DNA from: Antedon mediterranea
Taxonomy: Eukaryota > Animalia > Echinodermata
Reading direction: 5' to 3'
Length of the DNA: 64,000 bases
Assembly (NCBI RefSeq): GCF_964355755.1
Contig: NC_092676.1
Coordinates: forward strand, 29,716,871 to 29,780,870
In this document: positions 13,471 through 27,108 of the stretch, piece by piece
How positions within the stretch are numbered: position 1 is the stretch's first letter
Layout of the letters: the number at the start of each line of letters is the position of its first letter
Notes under the pieces: generated by a model
Told to the model about the DNA's origin: nothing
The model's input: only the letters and a program-made list of their open reading frames with translations
The model's database searches: none
Program-made: the position numbers and the translations under genes

Positions 13471-15874
13471 GCTATATGTCATTTGAGGCTTTTGTGAAAA
13501 GATATTTCGTCTGTCAAAAGGGAAAGGCAAGTTTGCAATAAGACTTTTTTTAATATTTCGTCACGCGGTTTGGTAGAAGAGTGCGCCCTCTCTATCGTCA
13601 CACAAAAATTCGTTGCGTTAAAAAAACTGTTCATGAGTTAAGTGATGTAGATTATTTTCATGTAATACTAGTCTAATAATAATACATGGTAATATTATGA
13701 TAGTTTCATTATTATTCATTCACGTGATATAAGCATTTAAAATGAAATCAAATTGTGTGAATGGATAGGGTGACCGAAATGAGGATAAACTGCAACTTAA
13801 ACTATCATTTACTCCTTCAATTAACGAAGTCGTATTACTCAGTTAGTTTTCTCAAATCTTTTATTGATTATATATACATCACTGTTATTACGAGCCAACT
13901 AACACCATACACATACACCTCACTCACAAGCTATTAATGTATTTCTATTTCCGAGTAGTTTCCAATACACATAAACTTGTTTTAATATAAATTTGAAATC
14001 AATAACAAATTTAGATTTTCCGAGACATGAATACATTAGTTGAAACTTAAAGAATGTTTTATGAATAAGTTAACATTGACATGTTGTGTTCACTAACGCA
14101 TAAATGATGCATTGGGGCATTTTGACAGAAATATTGGGCTTCTAGGCCGCGCCACTGTTACGTGAATTTAACCATGGAGGAATTACACTACAGAGGCGTT
14201 GAATCAGTACTTTGCTACACTCTGTATAGACTTGTATTGTATTGTATTGCCCCAATTGTGAGCTTAAGTATTATATGTGTGAAACGCCATATATGCCAAA
14301 ATGTTTATCTTTATACTAATTTCGGTTAAAAAACCTAGACTACAATCGGTAGTAAGTTGGGCGAGGAAGTACGTCACCACGTGACGTGAATGTTCATAAT
14401 AAATAATAATTCCAATAGTATGATCATTGAGTCTTTATAGTATTTTAACATACACGTATTAAGGGAGATTCCTAGAAATACACTAGAAGGTAAAACATGC
14501 TTTAAAATAAAACTAAAGGATGGAAAAATGAAATTTGATATACAGTAAAAAACTAAATTGTAAAATGAAAATGAATTTAGTTAGGCACTAAATGTGTATC
14601 GAGTACTGTAACTTCCCATCCAAAGAGAGACACTCAATTAATCAACTTATAAAACACAATAAGAGTGTGTTTACAATTTACGAGGCAAAATCTAAAATTT
14701 ATGATTTAATCCTACTTTCAGATTTAGTAATATTTTTAGCTGACAATCTTTATAACCACCACCTTGCTTGTTTGTGTTACTAAGTAATGTGACGTCATTG
14801 ACAACATTATGACGACAGGTACACGTGATCAAACGCTGTTAATAGAATATGATTTCAAGCATGGTGTTAAAATTATGATTGTAAATGTTCGCATTTTGTT
14901 TGTCAGTAAAGCGTAGCGGATAGGCTATATCATATGTTAAAGGTAAATTTAAATGAATGAGTATTTGTAATGTTTTACAAATCTGTGTAAAATCTGGAAT
15001 AATTTAGCAGTTGCCTGAAATTTAATAGGTGGTGATTTCCTATAACTTATACCTTTATATAAAGTTTTCAGATTATTATGTCCCCTTTGGTAATTGGCAA
15101 CAACTTTCGTCAAGAATACCTTATTCGTTTGTATTCGTATTTAATTTGGTGTTATTTCAAATGATGTTTTTGAAAATAATGAAAATAAAATGCTTGATGT
15201 AACTATTGGTATGTCATCATCTCGCGTCTGAACTGAACCTTATACACCCTTCCATTTCCTATAATTCGCGTTCAGACGATGTGTTATCTTGCTATACTAT
15301 GATGAGGGCTTATGAATTATGTACATGTGCAGAGGTTAAATCATTAATTTACCAAAACAGCTGCTGGGGATAATTAAGCAGATACTTCACCTAATAATCA
15401 CAGTAGGTAATACACTAATTGTTACACATTTGTTAACATCAATTTTAGACTAGCAACGTTTCAGGTCCACGGTGTGGTGGGTTGCAGGCTAGCGCGTATT
15501 CAATGACGTTCCGCTAGCGCGTATTCAATGACATTGCCATAGTTTAAAACGCGTCGCGGTTTATTAATGGCGACGGAAATGATCGATGTGTTGACATTTT
15601 ATTTCTCGTTTTCGTTCCAATGAAACGATTATTTGTTGACGTAAAGTGAACGCTATAAATACTAATTGCGTTGAACATCTTATAATGAACTTTACTTAAT
15701 AGTTTATTCATCGATAAAACTTGTAAATAACAATGTGTCCGAGTGAAAAAAGAAATTAAATGAATCTGACAGAATAAATCTGACATAATATATAAAGGGT
15801 GATTTCATTTCTGTATTTTCAAGGTGGGGTTCATTCTACTGTAGTTTAGTATACAAGATGTAAGAAAGTGTTGA

Positions 15875-17008
15875 AGAATGCATATGGCCCATAGAACCAC
15901 TAGAATGCATATGGCCCATAGAACCACTAGAATGCATATGGACCATAGAACCACTAGAATGCATGGACCATAGAACCACTAGAATGCATGGACCATAGAA
16001 CCACTAGAATGCACGGACCATAGAACCACTAGAATGCACGGACCATAGAACCACTAGAATGCACGGACCATAGAACCACTAGAATGCACGGACCATAGAA
16101 CCACTAGAATGCACGGACCATAGAACCACTAGAATGCACGGACCATAGAACCACTAGAATGCACGGACCATAGAACCACTAGAATGCACAGACCATAGAA
16201 CCACTAGAATGCATGGACCATAGAACCACTAGAATGCACGGACCATAGAACCACTAGAATGCACGGACCATAGAACCACTAGAATGCACGGACCATAGAA
16301 CCACTAGAATGCACGGACCATAGAACCACTAGAATGCACGGACCATAGAACCACTAGAATGCACGGACCATAGAACCACTAGAATGCATGGACCATAGAA
16401 CCACTAGAATGCATGGACCATAGAACCACTAGAATGCATGGACCATAGAACCACTAGAATGCATGGACCATAGAACCACTAGAATGCATGGACCATAGAA
16501 CCACTAGAATGCATGGACCATAGAACCACTAGAATGCACGGACCATAGAACCACTAGAATGCACGGACCATAGAACCACCAGAATGCACGGACCATAGAA
16601 CCACCAGAATGCATGACCATAGAACCACTAGAATGCACGGACCATAGAACCACTAGAATGCACGGACCATAGAACCACTAGAATGCACGGACCATAGAAC
16701 CACTAGAATGCACGGACCATAGAACCACTAGAATGCACGGACCATAGAACCACTAGAATGCATGGACCATAGTACCACTAGAATGCATGGACCATAGTAC
16801 CACTAGAATGCATGGACCATAGTACCACTAGAATGCATGGACCATAGAACCACTAGAATGCACGGACCATAGAACCACTAGAATGCACGGACCATAGAAC
16901 CACTAGAATGCATGGACCATAGAACCACTAGAATGCACGGACCATAGAACCACTAGAATGCATATGGACCATAGAACCACTAGAATGCATATGGACCATA
17001 GAACCACT
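15875..17008. repeat. 25-bp minisatellite, about 45 copies
   Basis: Unit AGAATGCAYGGACCATAGAACCACT, head-to-tail with no spacers. Confidence 0.97.
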
Positions 17009-18196
17009 TAAAGGATCCACGTGGAAAGAAGTTGGCGACACGCGCCTAACAACGATCTAATGACATTCGCCCGATACGGATGGAATGTTGAAATGTTAAC
17101 ATAATACATGTTGTTAAACATGATAACATATACCTTTTAACAATATACAGTACTCCGAATGCAAAATGTTTACTGAGCAAGATTCAATTAGCAAGCAGTA
17201 TACATACTTAAAACAACGTTAATAAGTTAGGTTGATATAAGAGGTCATGTCAATGACGGAACTCAGAGGTCGCTTTTGGCGCTGTTTGTTCATCTGCTGC
17301 TCCCCACTGCACTGATAAACTATGATATCATATACCCTATATCTGACATACATGACGCTAAAACGTAACCTAAATCAACTCTAAGGAGCAGTTTTATGTT
17401 GAGTGATACCAACTTTAGTTATAATTACTTGGTTTGTGATCTTGTTCTTAAAATACAAACTAGTACATTGTTTAAGCACGTGTCGCTATATTTACGTTTT
17501 GAATCTTATCTGATCAAGGTAATCTCCGACGACGATCTAGCATAAATGAAATTTATACTTTTATATTATCGATGTATTGGATTGTGTTGCATAATAACGA
17601 ATACACGACCGATTGTATTTGAAGAAATCTTTACCGAGTCAATTTTTTAGGCCTACAATTTTAAACACCAAAACGAGACACATATCTTAAGTACGTTTTT
17701 TAAAATTCGTAAATTATGTTGAATATACGTGCACCGTGACTGTTACATTGTAATCATATTCTGAAACCAATTATGTGTATTGCGTGTGTATATATATAAA
17801 AAATAATCCATTTCGTATATTGAATGCCACTTAAAACGAAATTGTACATTTTATGAAAACGTGTATTATGTGCAAAGTAAAAGCACTTGAAAGCTATTAA
17901 GAAACAATCTCTTGTAGTAGCTACGGACTACTGAAGTTATAGCAGCAATATATAATATTAAAACACACTGACACTAACATCAAAATATTTTAAGACTTTT
18001 CTGCGTTGGAGTATTTGTGTCATGAAAACTGAATACAAAACGGTTATTAGGTTGTTTCATTTAATTAGAAATAAGGATTATTATCTAAATATATGATTTA
18101 CAACCCACAAAATTGAAACGTTATCATTATTTGCCGTTGCCTTCACTAAAGTCCGTACGTGGACGCAACGCATTGATGTATAAACGCAGTTAGTTA

Positions 18197-18320
18197 AGCT
18201 TGGTTCCCACTAGGACGCAACGCAAGGACGTAAGCGCAACACAAGAGAGTAGGCCAATCACAAGCGAAAAATCGGATAATTTATCGGTTGTGATTGGTTA
18301 AATTGCTTACATATTTCTTA
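18197..18320. mobile_element. MITE family B (left part)
   Basis: agcttggttcccactaggacgcaacgcaaggacgtaa followed by CCAATCACAAGCG..TTGTGATTGG. Confidence 0.75.
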
Positions 18321-18432
18321 TGTACATACAGCGCGGAGCGAACGGACGGGCGGTTTCCGCTCGGAATAGATACAGATTCGACGTGGGACAAGCTACGCGG
18401 TTTCCGCTTACCGTTACCGCTTGCCTGTGTAA

Positions 18433-18613
18433 AGGGTCTTTCACACCTGTTCCGGCACGGTTCCGGTCCGGCGAATCGAACATCAATGTTTCGTTTTCAC
18501 GCGGCTATGCGCCAATCGATATGTGCGTAGCCGCGTGAAAACGAAACATTGGCGTTCGATTGGATTTTCCGGCGCCGGACCGGAACCGTGCCGGAACAGG
18601 TGTGAAAGACCCT
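18433..18613. mobile_element. MITE family C, near-perfect foldback (partial copy at 27144-27262)
   Basis: About 40-bp perfect TIR AGGGTCTTTCACACCTGTTCCGGCACGGTTCCGGTCCGGCG, flanked by TAA/TTA. Confidence 0.85.
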
Positions 18614-20452
18614 TTAATTGGCCTTTACCATAACAACGTCTTAACACTACAACAGCGCGTGAACGCAATGCTACACTAATTGACTTTTTACAAAACATTA
18701 ACATTCGCCAGAAGTTGAGAGATGTTAAGACAACATTTAACCAATGGATGTCACAAAGGAAGGAATGCAGACAAACTAACATTTGTGTCTTTGAATTATT
18801 TCACTGTCAAGAGTATACTTTTATGCTTTGGAGATAAATTATTAGACACATTACAAAATATTATAATAAATATTCCTGCTTAAAATATGTGACACTGATC
18901 GCTTAAAATTCTAACTTGACAGCGGAAGATCAGAGTATGTGCCAAGCAGTAAATTACCGTCACAATATAATGGATAAACAACCAATAAAAAGGATTTTGA
19001 ATAAAAAATCTCATAATTCGCATATGGTCAATATTTATTTGACTGGACACACATCAAATGACCCCGATTGATGGCTTGTAATTTGAAGTGCGTGCAAATA
19101 CTGATAATAAATTGATTGATCGATAGGTGTTTGGTATTTATTTCAGTTTTCTGAAAAGTTAACTTTTGGCCATGAAAAACCACCATAAGTTTTTTCATTC
19201 TTTTTTCATTTTTTTTTTGGTGATAATTGAAGATTTTTTGACAAAATATTCAACTATATATATTTATTATACTGAAAATAACTATCTTTATCGTAGAGAA
19301 TAATTTGATAATAGTTGATGGTTTTACCAGAACATTGAACAAATTAGTTAGTAAAACAACGTATTTGAACTGTAACATTATTTAAATAACGTTATCACAT
19401 ATGGCAGCATTCGATTATTCTAAAAACCATTTTATAGTTATTTCATTAGCATGAACTCTGTTAGATGAATTTGAATACATTATGTTTTATGTTCTCGTTA
19501 AGTACGATGCAGAATCCACCAAGAATATTATAACTCGATTGAAAATATCAAAGTTTTAATTCATATAATGCTATGCCTTGTAACTTTAGAATATCGAAGT
19601 TGATATCATATTTAGTGTGGCATTTAAGTGTAAAACGAATACCGTCTAAGGATATACTTTATAATAACTTGTTTATTCTTCAAATTATGAGTTCACAAAA
19701 TCTGTATAATATGGCACATTTAAATTATGTCAGCTGTAGTTTTGAATAAATAAAAACATTAAAAATGATGAATATTATTTAGTAACAAACAAAAGTAGTT
19801 TTTATTCAAGCCAAAGTCATGAAACCGGGCGACTCACTCCCGACATAAAATTAATCAGAGCAAAGTTATGTATGGAGGGCAATAGGTGCATTTACAAATT
19901 ACAAAGTATATATTACTATGGATGATATATCTTCTGGAAACGAAGATTAGATGTCATCAAGTAATTTGTTAAAGCTTTGCTGTTTAATGTTAGCTAAAAT
20001 ACATGACTAGTAACACCACACATATTATTGATGACATGGGCGTCCAACCGATAATGAAAATAGTGACGTCTGTGAGATATCACGTTTGTTCCAACTTAGT
20101 ACATTAGTAGCATACATTATTACATTAAACATACATGTGAAAATGTTGCTTAAAAATGTAACGGCAGTATTTCAGTTTAACTTGACTTTGCAAAATTCTA
20201 ACAATTATTTTTGATAAACAGCAAACAGCTGTTGATTTTTGACAGAATTAAACAGCATTGCTTTTATTTTATTCAAATTATGACTATTTACGGAATTCCA
20301 AACGTTGAATCAATATTTATTCACGCAATATTGCAAGATAATATTATCGTGTATTGAAATTTTAGCATAGATTGTACAGAATTAATTAACAGAAGTTATT
20401 TTTATCGTAACTAATGCGTTGACCTTGAAATTTGAATTCCAGGTACTGTATA

Positions 20453-20594
20453 CGGTTTATCGCAAATAGCGCGCGCGACGCGCATGATGGGAACGGTTTT
20501 AGGAGCAAACGTCACGACGCGTACGTACGTGATTTGTTGTTTGTACGTACGCGTCGTGACGTTTGCTCCTTAACCTTTCCATTTGCGATAAACC
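20453..20594. mobile_element. Small palindromic MITE-like element
   Basis: Outer GGTTTATCGCAAAT / ATTTGCGATAAACC and inner perfect stem AGGAGCAAACGTCACGACGCGTACGTAC. Confidence 0.7.
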
Positions 20595-20959
20595 TTATAC
20601 TTTATAGGCAAAGAAAATATCACATCCTAGATGTTAGACTTTTTATTCTGATTCTTTCCATTCTTATTCTTTATTGCCAAAAACATAACAAAACCTCCAC
20701 AAAGTATAAGAGTCAGGAAACAACGGGTAACTATGGCAAAGAGTCAGTGTTCCCATCTTACCGAGTAGCACATTAAAATACAAATAATGTTTCAATAAAA
20801 CTGTATCTAAAAATATCAACAATAAAAAATCTAAAAATCAATCATAAAACCTTCATTTCCTTCCCTGATAAAACACAACAGCTTACAGCACCCAGGGAAC
20901 AACAATGAATAAACACTTTTTTTTTAAATTAAGCTGTTTAAACACAAAGTCAAAGAATA

Positions 20960-21295
20960 TTTTAAGAATGTTTTATAATGTTTCTTTTTGTTTCTCTCTT
21001 ATGAAATTGCGTTTACTTTTTTGTTTAAATAACTTTTTAAAGATGTCAATTTGTCTCAGTTAAATGTACATAAGGACTTAGATGGAAATAAGTTACACTG
21101 AAAATGTGAAACTTTATCTAATTATCCTTGGTTCATTTTGTTCTGTTTCCTTTGTTTGACACCTTCTGTTTTTTAGTACTTTTCTGGTGTTGTCTTTTGA
21201 ATTTGATGTACTGTTTTTCGTCTATTTTATAATGTATGTTATGTATGAACCAAATAAATTCAATCAAAAAAAAAAAAAAATTCAATCAATCAAAC
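20960..21295 (+). mobile_element. Probable LINE 3' UTR and tail fragment
   Basis: T-rich UTR ending AATAAATTCAATC, an A-run and (CAAT)n. Confidence 0.45.
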
Positions 21296-24200
21296 AAATG
21301 TTTTCGGCTAATGAAATAACTATAAAATGGTTTTTAGAATAATCGAATGCTGCCATATGTAATAACGTTATTTAAATAATGTTACAGTTCAAATACGTTG
21401 TTTTACTAACTAATTTGTTCAAGGTTCTGATAAAACCATCAATTATTATCAAATTATTCTCTACAATACAGATAGTCATTTTCATTTTGTCAAAACATCT
21501 TCATTTGTAAAAAAAAAAAAACCAATTAAACAAAAAACGCAACTCTATACAAATTTATGTTTGACAGTAAAACTTCTATCTGTATGTTATGATTATTATT
21601 ACTGTTATTTAAACCAGAAATGTAAATATGGTAAATTATATATTTTGCTGGTATTATACGTACGGAACTAATGCTTTCAAATAACATAATTAATACTGTC
21701 TACATAGTTTCTATTGCACACCACCGTATTTCAATTATTCTCGAAATATCTAGGCCTTGTGTACAGTATCTTGCAAATTCTGTAATATAGTGTGGCATAT
21801 ATATATATATCACATATATCATATTGTACAGTGGCCACATGTTATACGTATGGACACTGTTCTACATAATTTGCATATGTCACTACTGGACACGTGAAGT
21901 GAATTGGGTGGTATGGCGTGAGTAGTAGGCATAGTCTCGCCTAAAACAAAAAGTAGCTACACCCGAATCGTAATTAAACAAATTAACATCAGAAATTTGA
22001 CGCACGCGTACTTATATTAGAACGCGCGTCAATGTCGCGTTGTCTTTCCTGGTTTCACTGATAGAAAGTGACAGTCATAATTTTCCAAATATTATTTAAA
22101 ATCACTGTTTTTTTAGAATTTAAAAAATGTATGAAAGACTAGAATTTATTTGCATATACTGTATTGAATTATGTATAACTGCAATGGTTTATCTGTAGTC
22201 CATGGGAATATCCGTTTTAGCTGCGTCAACAAACATGGTTTCATTAAAAAAAACACAGGTTGCCCTTTTGATGAACAACAGCATGCTACTCCCTGAGGAG
22301 CCGTTTCAATTATTAACGTTTAATATAACTTGATTTTATTTCTCTAATTTATTCAATTTGGAAATTGTGAACACGAATAATTTATGTATGTAGACCCAAA
22401 TGCTCCCGGGCTTTAGACGCGTTGATTGTGATCTATTTGGCAGTCTAGTGCTCAATATAGATAAACGCATTTTGCGTAATGTTTCCACGGTGCGTTTGGA
22501 GCAAAACCCATCAACCTGACTGGATCACACACAAGTTCCATACCAGTAATCAGTGCTTTGTACAGTAAACCAACATTTCGGATTTAATATCTAAAACGTT
22601 CTTGAATTATGTTGAAGGGTGGATCACCCGTGAAATTCATTAAGAAATGTTTACGTGGATACAAAACGCGATTAAAGTATTAGGCGATGCTTTCTTCTAC
22701 TACAAAGTCCTTATATGGTGCTTGTTTGTGTAGAGCAGATCATAGAGTGCAGATGCGTACATTGATAATAAACGATATACCTTTAAGAGTTTAGTGGCAA
22801 TCGAAAATATTTTAAAATAATGACTAGTGAAGAAGTACTTATAATTGTATAATGTCGAAATGGAAACGCTTACACATGATGTGTAGTTACTGTAGGGTTT
22901 ATTGAGTCAATTTAATGACATTATTTGCCACTACTATGGTATCTGTAGTTACAAATCAAGATATTACAATTATCCACCATGAAAAGTACTGCAGTGCATG
23001 GTACGTCGGATGTTGATATAACAGACTTTATATGAAAATGTAAAACAGTCGTTACTGTAACTAAGTTTGGCAGTTAGTCTTTGAGTAGACACTTAAATAA
23101 CCAGGTGTATCACCACATTCATAGACAAACTACAGCGATCAACAAGCTATTTAACTTGAAGCCCACGTAAAAAACAGTTGCTTCTAATTATGATGAGCAT
23201 AGAGGGTACTAAAAACAGTTACTATATGCTAACTGGTATCCACTGTGGGTTGGTGGGTATGCACCACGTGACCCTGTTAAGATACTGACGAACAGACGGA
23301 TTTCATAATTGGAAATTATAATTCCATGTTGTAATGTCATTTGTAGCTCTACCCTTATAATTGATTCATCAGTGATACACAAGTCACACAGTTTACGCGC
23401 GCGTGCTAAACCCGTTCTATTATTATCAGTGTTTGAACGCGCAAAGTAAACATCTCTTGATAGTGACATTAACGATGCTTTAGCAAAGTGGCTATGATTG
23501 TTCAGAGAATTCAATACTTCAAGATGTTAAAGTTTCTTTTCACTTGTATTATGTAACTTTTAGCTTACAGGACAAACATAACATAATTGCTTTTGGTTTA
23601 ATCTATAGATTATACTTCAATGAATCATTCACTATATTAACATCAACATACGCATGAAATAACATATTATACTATAACTCATTTTGTATTTTAAAATTAA
23701 ACTAAACTTAATCGAGAGTTAGAAAAATGTCCATTATTCACGCAAGTAAGTGCAATTACAAACTGTACAATTGATGTTTAGTTTTATTCCATTTTTTAAT
23801 AGCAACATTACCTCTTTTGCTTTTTTAATTTATTTCTCTAATATATTTCTAAAATACAATCAAACAATAGAAGCCTTTTATGATTACAAATATATAGGTA
23901 TAACCTATGAGAGAAGGAGCATTAAAGGACTTTATCGAGCAATGTACCAGAGTGTACGTTAAGTGCCAAGTTTGAAGCCAGTATCACCGGCAGCTTATTT
24001 ATCGTTTTAGTATCTCTCTATAGAGACAACGGATGGATCAGAGAGAACCCTGACTGATAGACAAACATGAAATTGCAACAAACAAAAACAACGAATATTT
24101 AAACAAATTAACGATTTTTTAAAGGATTAAGTTGAACAACGCAAATTGCATTCGTTTAACTTCATATTCTAAATTTTTCCCTATCTACCATAGTCATATT

Positions 24201-25164
24201 ACATAGTACTGTTTCATAACGACCACATATAGCTACTGAATGACTAACACTATTTAGTTTTATGTTAAATTGTTTAAATTGCTTCTAATTAAATGGCAAT
24301 AACATTCGAAATGAAATACACACAAATATTAAGAATGTTGTTGACTTCAATGGCAAATACCCGGAAGGGTTTAAAGTACGAATTATAACTATTGTATACG
24401 ATTATTTCTAATTTTTGATAATTCTTGTAGCATAATCAAATTTTAATTTGTTTCTTATTACTCGTCATTGAAAGATAATCTGTATACGGTAATATACAAA
24501 GTACTTTAGAACGTAGTGGGCGCTACCCAGCAGTAAGGCTGCAACAACTTACTTCGTGATTTAAAATAGGATTATTTTATTTTATTAAATGAAATATCAG
24601 AATAGAATAGTAGAATTGTTTATACGTTTACTTACTTATTAATGTATTCATAAAAAACACGTAATGTGGGAAGATAAACAACGTTATGACAATACAATAA
24701 AAAGGTGTGAAACAAATTAAAATTTGATTATGCTACAAGAATTATCAAAAATGAGAAATGATCGTATACAAAAGTTATAAAAAAAATCGCTGATGTTATG
24801 CATTTTTTATTTGTTAAAGTCTTATTATAATAATGCCATAGGATGATATGTATTGTAAAATGTGTACTATGCCATGACTGTTTCATTATGATCATATTGT
24901 CAGTGCTTTTAGTGGGTTTGTATGTTTGACATTTATTGTTATTTAATGTTTCAGTTTTGTCATATTGATCATAAAATAACGAACGAGATAATGTAGCTCA
25001 TATCTAACAATCATTAAATTGTTATCACTGTGGCGAAAATTGATGCAGCTTTCAGCAATGTATCACTTTTTCCGTTATAACATATCGTTTATTTGATGAG
25101 GATAAATTGCGGGCACGTGACATCATAAATGCTAACTTCGGTCACCCACTTGTATAAATCTTTG

Positions 25165-25350
25165 TGCGCGCAAGATTCGCGTACCATCGCGTCGCGTACC
25201 ATTGCGTAAGATTCGCGTACTATCGCGTAAGATTCGCTTACCATCGCGTAGAAGTCGCGTACCATCGCGTAAAATTCGTGTACCGTCGCATAAGATTCGC
25301 ATACTACGGTATCGCATAAGATTCGCGTAAGATTCGCTAACCATCGCGTA
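25165..25350. repeat. Degenerate 21-bp CG-rich tandem repeat
   Basis: Unit about CGCGTAAGATTCGCGTACCAT, 8-9 copies. Confidence 0.85.
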
Positions 25351-25836
25351 AATATGTGTGCAATTTGACTTTACAGTGACCACCACTAATAAGTAATGGT
25401 GTCATTTGAAACAAGCTTAGATATTTCAAGGGTGTCAATGCAGTCATGTTTCTTAGAAATTGTCCAAAACTAAACGCATCAAAATGTCCAAAAGCCAAAC
25501 TATCAATCTGTCAAGAAGCGTAGATTTATTGATAAACACATAGAAATGCTTTTAAAACTAGTAGTTATTGCTGGTTTTAATCTTACATCTATTATTCATG
25601 CGTTTTAAAAAATGGCATGAAGTTTTTAAAAAGTAAATTTTATACGCATTTTTCTGTTTGGTGATTATAGTTTGAATCATATGGATGGTGTACTGGAAAT
25701 TATTTCTGGCTTCCAATCATCACAGGGGGATGGATTCACATCGCGGCATGCTTACAGCTAACAAACAAAGGGTACATTAATTAGTAGAAATTTCTGATGA
25801 TATCATATGCCATTATAACATAAGTTTATGAACTAA

Positions 25837-26083
25837 ACCTCTGCCTACACTTTCAAATTTTATGTGACAAAATATGTGATGTGCCCATATGGACATGGTG
25901 ATCATATCACTACCATATTTTGGTATAGTTTGGTAGTGTAGACAGAGCTTAAAGATTGGTTCTACTAGAACGCAACACGAATGCGTTTACGCGCAACGCA
26001 AGAACTTCACCAATCATAAAGCTACGCGACAGCTTAAAAAACTATCGCTTGTGATTGGTCAAATAACTTGTGGGAGCTAAGCT
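25837..26083. mobile_element. MITE family A (25837-25949, TSD TAA) directly followed by family B (25953-26083)
   Basis: A TIR gtagacagagct is followed by TAA and then a degenerate B left end agattggttctactagaacgcaac. Confidence 0.75.
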
Positions 26084-26949
26084 TTCATAATTGAAACGTT
26101 TTAAAATCATCGAGTACTGTTATGTGAAAATATTCAGCAACAGCATGATGATGAATGTTGCTTTGATAAGTGGAAATATGTTGCTTTAGCCAGTTCATGG
26201 TGAAAGCTAGTCATTATGAAAATATTTTGATTTAAAACAATCTGTGCATTTTAACAAAAGCAATGATTATGCGAAGAAATATATACAATGCGAAAATATC
26301 TGATATCATCAGTAATGCAGCAGATATGTAATTGTTATATACAGACACAATGCATGTTATGCATCACAATTTAACAATGTTATTAGGCCGACTCATATCA
26401 TGTCGTACAATGTTGATACACTCATAATTATATATGTTTTAGTCATAGTCATAAGTATCTTTATGTTGTCAATTAAAAAGAATTAACAAAAATGTTTATT
26501 GAAAACTGGCATATCATATATATAACTAAAACAGTAAAAAAACACAGACAAATTGCACACAGATAAGCACAAAGCCAACTCTCTGATAAAAACTGGCTAA
26601 ATTATTAAAAATTACTTATAATAATTATTTAATATTGCACATTTATGATAACTAAAATAAGTTTATATATCAAGAGTATACATTGTAACTTAAAACATAA
26701 AAATGCACTCTCTTATAGGCCATCCCTATGGATGATGATAAATAATGACTTTAATTAAAATGAACTATTATATTATCAGGATGTAGGCCTAAACTTAGTG
26801 TTTAAAAAAGATAATAACAACATACGTCACAGCTATTGAGATTAGTTACTTTGGTTGGTATGGAACCAACTTACCCGTGAGTTTGTAAAAAGATTCATTG
26901 TCAATTGTCATAATGACAACAACAATAATATGTATTATCTTTTGTTTAG

Positions 26950-27108
26950 GTGGACTATTCACAGGAGGAAGTGATATAAGTGTTGAAGAAAGAGCTTTCA
27001 GATTTGCAATAAATGAAACATCAATGGGCAACACATTCTGGTTTGATCTTCAACCGGAGATTATGTATATAGACAATTTAGAAGATAGCTTTGAATGTGC
27101 ACAAAAAG
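26950..27108 (+). CDS. Gene A exon, ATD start
   Basis: tttag|GT GGA CTA TTC ([22 protein letters not shown]) G|gtaagt. Confidence 0.9.

Larger units (their letters stand above)
19228..21507. repeat. About 200-bp inverted repeat pair (19228-19450 and 21307-21507)
   Basis: For example gaacaaattagttagtaaaacaacgtatttgaactgtaacattatttaaataacgttat appears as its reverse complement at about 21362-21420. Confidence 0.85.

Noticed and set aside
8585-14830. Promoter of gene A from YY1-like (AGATGGCGGC at about 8585) and CRE-like (TGACGTCA at about 11614 and 14790) motifs
   Set aside because: Short motifs that also occur inside transposons here, with no independent TSS evidence.
15875-17008. CRISPR-like array (also considered for 41740-42436 and 44571-45690)
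   Set aside because: Units are head-to-tail with no unique spacers, there are no cas genes and the context is eukaryotic.
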